This document shows positions 57,567 to 59,658 of a DNA stretch of 59,658 nucleotides, piece after piece. Origin of the DNA: Actinomycetota bacterium (GTDB lineage: Bacteria; Actinomycetota; UBA4738; HRBIN12); contig JACQDK010000011.1 in the NCBI GenBank assembly GCA_016201135.1, positions 1 through 59,658 on the forward strand. Reading direction: 5' to 3'. The translations under genes and the position numbers were made by a program. A model generated the notes under the pieces. It did not search any database and was not told the DNA's origin. It saw only the letters and a program-made list of their open reading frames with translations. Within the stretch, counting starts at the first letter, position 1; the number at the start of each line of letters is the position of its first letter.

Positions 57567-57854
57567 AGTGGGAAGGCTCGCGGCGTCATACGTCTTGGTG
57601 AGGTTCGAGAGCACCTGGGAGTTAGAGACCTGCGTCTCCTTCGAGCTGATCCTGTTCGAGGCGCCATCGTATCCGTAGTCGCGCCGGACCTGGGCACCGG
57701 TGGAACCCGGGCCCGTGGCCTGGGTCATCCGGCCCGCACCGTCGAAGGTGTAGGTCCAGGTGCCGTTGCCCGCGTTGGTCCCCACGGTAGAGACCTTGGA
57801 GGTGACGTTCCCGGAAAGGTCATAGCCAAGGTCAAAGGCGGCCAGCGAGGTCGG
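57567..57854 (-). pseudogene. Orphan RHS/YD-repeat fragment
   Basis: YDLSGNVT, YTFDGAGRMT, YGYDGASNR and YDAASLPT repeats. No start context; the pattern ends abruptly. Confidence 0.8.
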
Positions 57855-58724
57855 TCACGACTTCATGAGCAAGACGCGCGTCAACAGCGCGAGGCCGTAG
57901 AGCACTGCGACGTCAAGGGGAATCACCAGCGACTTCCGGATGAAGGCCCTCGAGCGAAGAACGTGCCAAATGGCGAATGGGTAGAGGGCTGCGATCAGGA
58001 GCCCCAGGATGCCGAGGGGCCACCAACCGAGCACGCCGCCCACCGCGACGCAAGCGACGGATAGCCAACGAAACACTCGGCCCCGATGCCAGATGGCGAA
58101 GAGCCATGGTCGTGCTCGGAAGGAGAACAGGTCGCCGATCGCCGCGTGGGCCGCCACCGTTCCGACCCGGTCGCCCGTGTTTTTCTTCGCCCAGAGCTCG
58201 AGCCTCAGGTCGCCACCTGACAGGGGGTAGCCTTCGGCGCGAAGCGCCTGGATCTGCCTCAACGTTTCGGGAAAGTCCTTGCGGCGAAAGGCCAGACGCG
58301 CGGAGGCTCGCTCCTTGAAGGGGCTCGGCGCGTCGCCGAGCTCGGCGAGGATCGAGTCGACTTGGTCTCGCCGCTGCGCTCTAAGGAGCAGTCCCGCCAA
58401 CCAGATTCGTGGCCCCGCGAGCCCCGGGTGGGAGATGACGATCGAGTTAAGTTGGAGGACGAAGTCCCGTTTCTTGTCGCTCTGGGCCAGCGTCACCAGA
58501 CTGAGAGCCGCGAGCCCCGGGTCGTCCGGATACGCTTCGAGCGCCGGGGCGGCCTCACTCGCGGCTTCGACGGTCCTTTGCATGGCGTTCAGCGCGCGGA
58601 GCCTCATGTACGCAGAGTTCGCGTCGGAACCGCTCTCGCCCCGGGTAAGAACGGCCGGCCAGCTGGACCCGCGGATGAGCACCTGCTCTCGGAAGCGCTC
58701 GAGCTCCTCTGGAGACGTCGTCAT
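57855..58724 (-). CDS. Candidate immunity protein: helical (TPR-like) N-terminus plus C-terminal TM helices
   Basis: ATGA overlap with the RHS stop; no recognised family. Confidence 0.65.
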   Translation of the reverse strand: MTTSPEELERFREQVLIRGSSWPAVLTRGESGSDANSAYMRLRALNAMQRTVEAASEAAPALEAYPDDPGLAALSLVTLAQSDKKRDFVLQLNSIVISHPGLAGPRIWLAGLLLRAQRRDQVDSILAELGDAPSPFKERASARLAFRRKDFPETLRQIQALRAEGYPLSGGDLRLELWAKKNTGDRVGTVAAHAAIGDLFSFRARPWLFAIWHRGRVFRWLSVACVAVGGVLGWWPLGILGLLIAALYPFAIWHVLRSRAFIRKSLVIPLDVAVLYGLALLTRVLLMKS

Positions 58725-59658
58725 GCGTACGGATCCACCGCGAGATCGCAGCCAACCCCAGACTCTAGACAGCTGCCAGCGTAGTCAAGGTGACGGACGG
58801 CCCAGAGGGCGCCGACGCCAACACCGACGGCGACCGCAACTAACACTGGGCCCACTGGGTTGGGTCTCATCCGGTAGTCGATGCTTGTCGTACCCTCGAT
58901 CGCGTTTCCGGCACCTAGGCTGTCGGAGGCGATCTCCCACTCATATTCGGTGTGCAACCCTCCTGCGAGCTTGGTGCTCGGCCCCACCTTGACCCTGTAC
59001 GAGAAGTTCACGTCCTCGTTACCCAGCTTGATCCCACCCCCGACGAACCCTCCGTTCCTGCTGTTCAGGCCGAACAGGTATCCGGCTTGGCTGCAGTAAC
59101 GGCAGGCGCGGGCCCCGAAGTAGCTGGCGATCTCGGCTTCAACCGCGTCGAGCCCACCGTTCTTGTTCAGCTCGATCGCGGCTGGGTAACCCGACGCCGT
59201 AGCCCCAACGTACTCGGCTCGAGACTCGGCAATGTACTCCCAGTACCCCGCGTAACCGGACTGCGGCGGCGACTCCCAGAGCGGTATCTTGACCTCGGGC
59301 AGCGGGACCGTGGGGGCGTCCGGGGCCTGGGGGCTTCCCCCGTTCTGCAGGGCATGCTCAGTCTGAGCCCGACCCACCGCCGCAGCGGCGTCCACTTCCT
59401 CCTTTATCGTGCAGCCCTGGCAGTGCGGTCTCATCCCCGTGGGGTCCACCATCGTGACCGGGTTCGCCTCCCCGTACGCATACTGGTTGAGGCTCCCGGG
59501 AGCTGCCGGGTCTCCGAAGAGCGTGTCCCTCGAGTCGAACCTTCCAAGCCCTGCCTCATACCAGCGGGTCCCCATGTCCACCTGCGACGTGCTGGGATCA
59601 GTGGGAGCTGCCTGGAACCCCAGCCAGACTGAGTACCCCGAGCTGGATGCGAGAGGCT
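58721..59658 (-). CDS. RHS repeat-associated core plus C-terminal toxin domain (5'-partial, continues beyond the window)
   Basis: LGFQ...D...SQVDMGTRWYEAGLGRFDSRD...NQYAYGEANPVTMVDPTG core. The frame is open to the window edge. Confidence 0.9.
   Translation of the reverse strand, partial: PLASSSGYSVWLGFQAAPTDPSTSQVDMGTRWYEAGLGRFDSRDTLFGDPAAPGSLNQYAYGEANPVTMVDPTGMRPHCQGCTIKEEVDAAAAVGRAQTEHALQNGGSPQAPDAPTVPLPEVKIPLWESPPQSGYAGYWEYIAESRAEYVGATASGYPAAIELNKNGGLDAVEAEIASYFGARACRYCSQAGYLFGLNSRNGGFVGGGIKLGNEDVNFSYRVKVGPSTKLAGGLHTEYEWEIASDSLGAGNAIEGTTSIDYRMRPNPVGPVLVAVAVGVGVGALWAVRHLDYAGSCLESGVGCDLAVDPYA

Overview
High-GC (about 70%) bacterial chromosome window. It looks actinobacterial (GylR, an Lsr2-like protein, ubiA-dprE1-dprE2, many apparently leaderless genes), probably from an uncultured lineage; that assignment is inference. 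It holds about 70 CDS and no recognisable tRNA, rRNA, CRISPR array, integrase or transposase. Layout: 0-14.5 kb housekeeping, envelope and regulatory genes (lgt, mrp, pilT, nfeD-SPFH, ECF sigma/anti-sigma, NDP-sugar pyrophosphorylase, LLM oxidoreductase). 14.6-28.7 kb a glycerol/dihydroxyacetone catabolic cluster with a divergent dhaL2-gylR pair. 30.5-38.5 kb an accessory stretch of small, mostly unknown genes. 38.5-57.4 kb arabinose-donor genes, tldDE, glycosyltransferases, acyl-CoA carboxylase and a secreted Asp-box protein. 57.5-59.7 kb the 3' end of an RHS polymorphic toxin locus. The strongest candidate for an undescribed system is a translationally coupled glpA(short)-sdhB-sdhC-sdhD unit. 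In it a GlpA-type glycerol-3-phosphate dehydrogenase flavoprotein occupies the place of SdhA on a complex II-type Fe-S and membrane-anchor chassis, with no GlpB or GlpC. Also notable: a Zn-finger/AT-hook Lsr2-like protein, an RHS toxin with an unrecognised C-terminal domain and a membrane-anchored candidate immunity protein, a 10.5-bp-periodic TGACGC array, and a family of small Cys-loop membrane proteins. Five otherwise intact genes carry deletions or frameshifts, which may be assembly artefacts. All family assignments come from motif recognition by eye; no database search was run.
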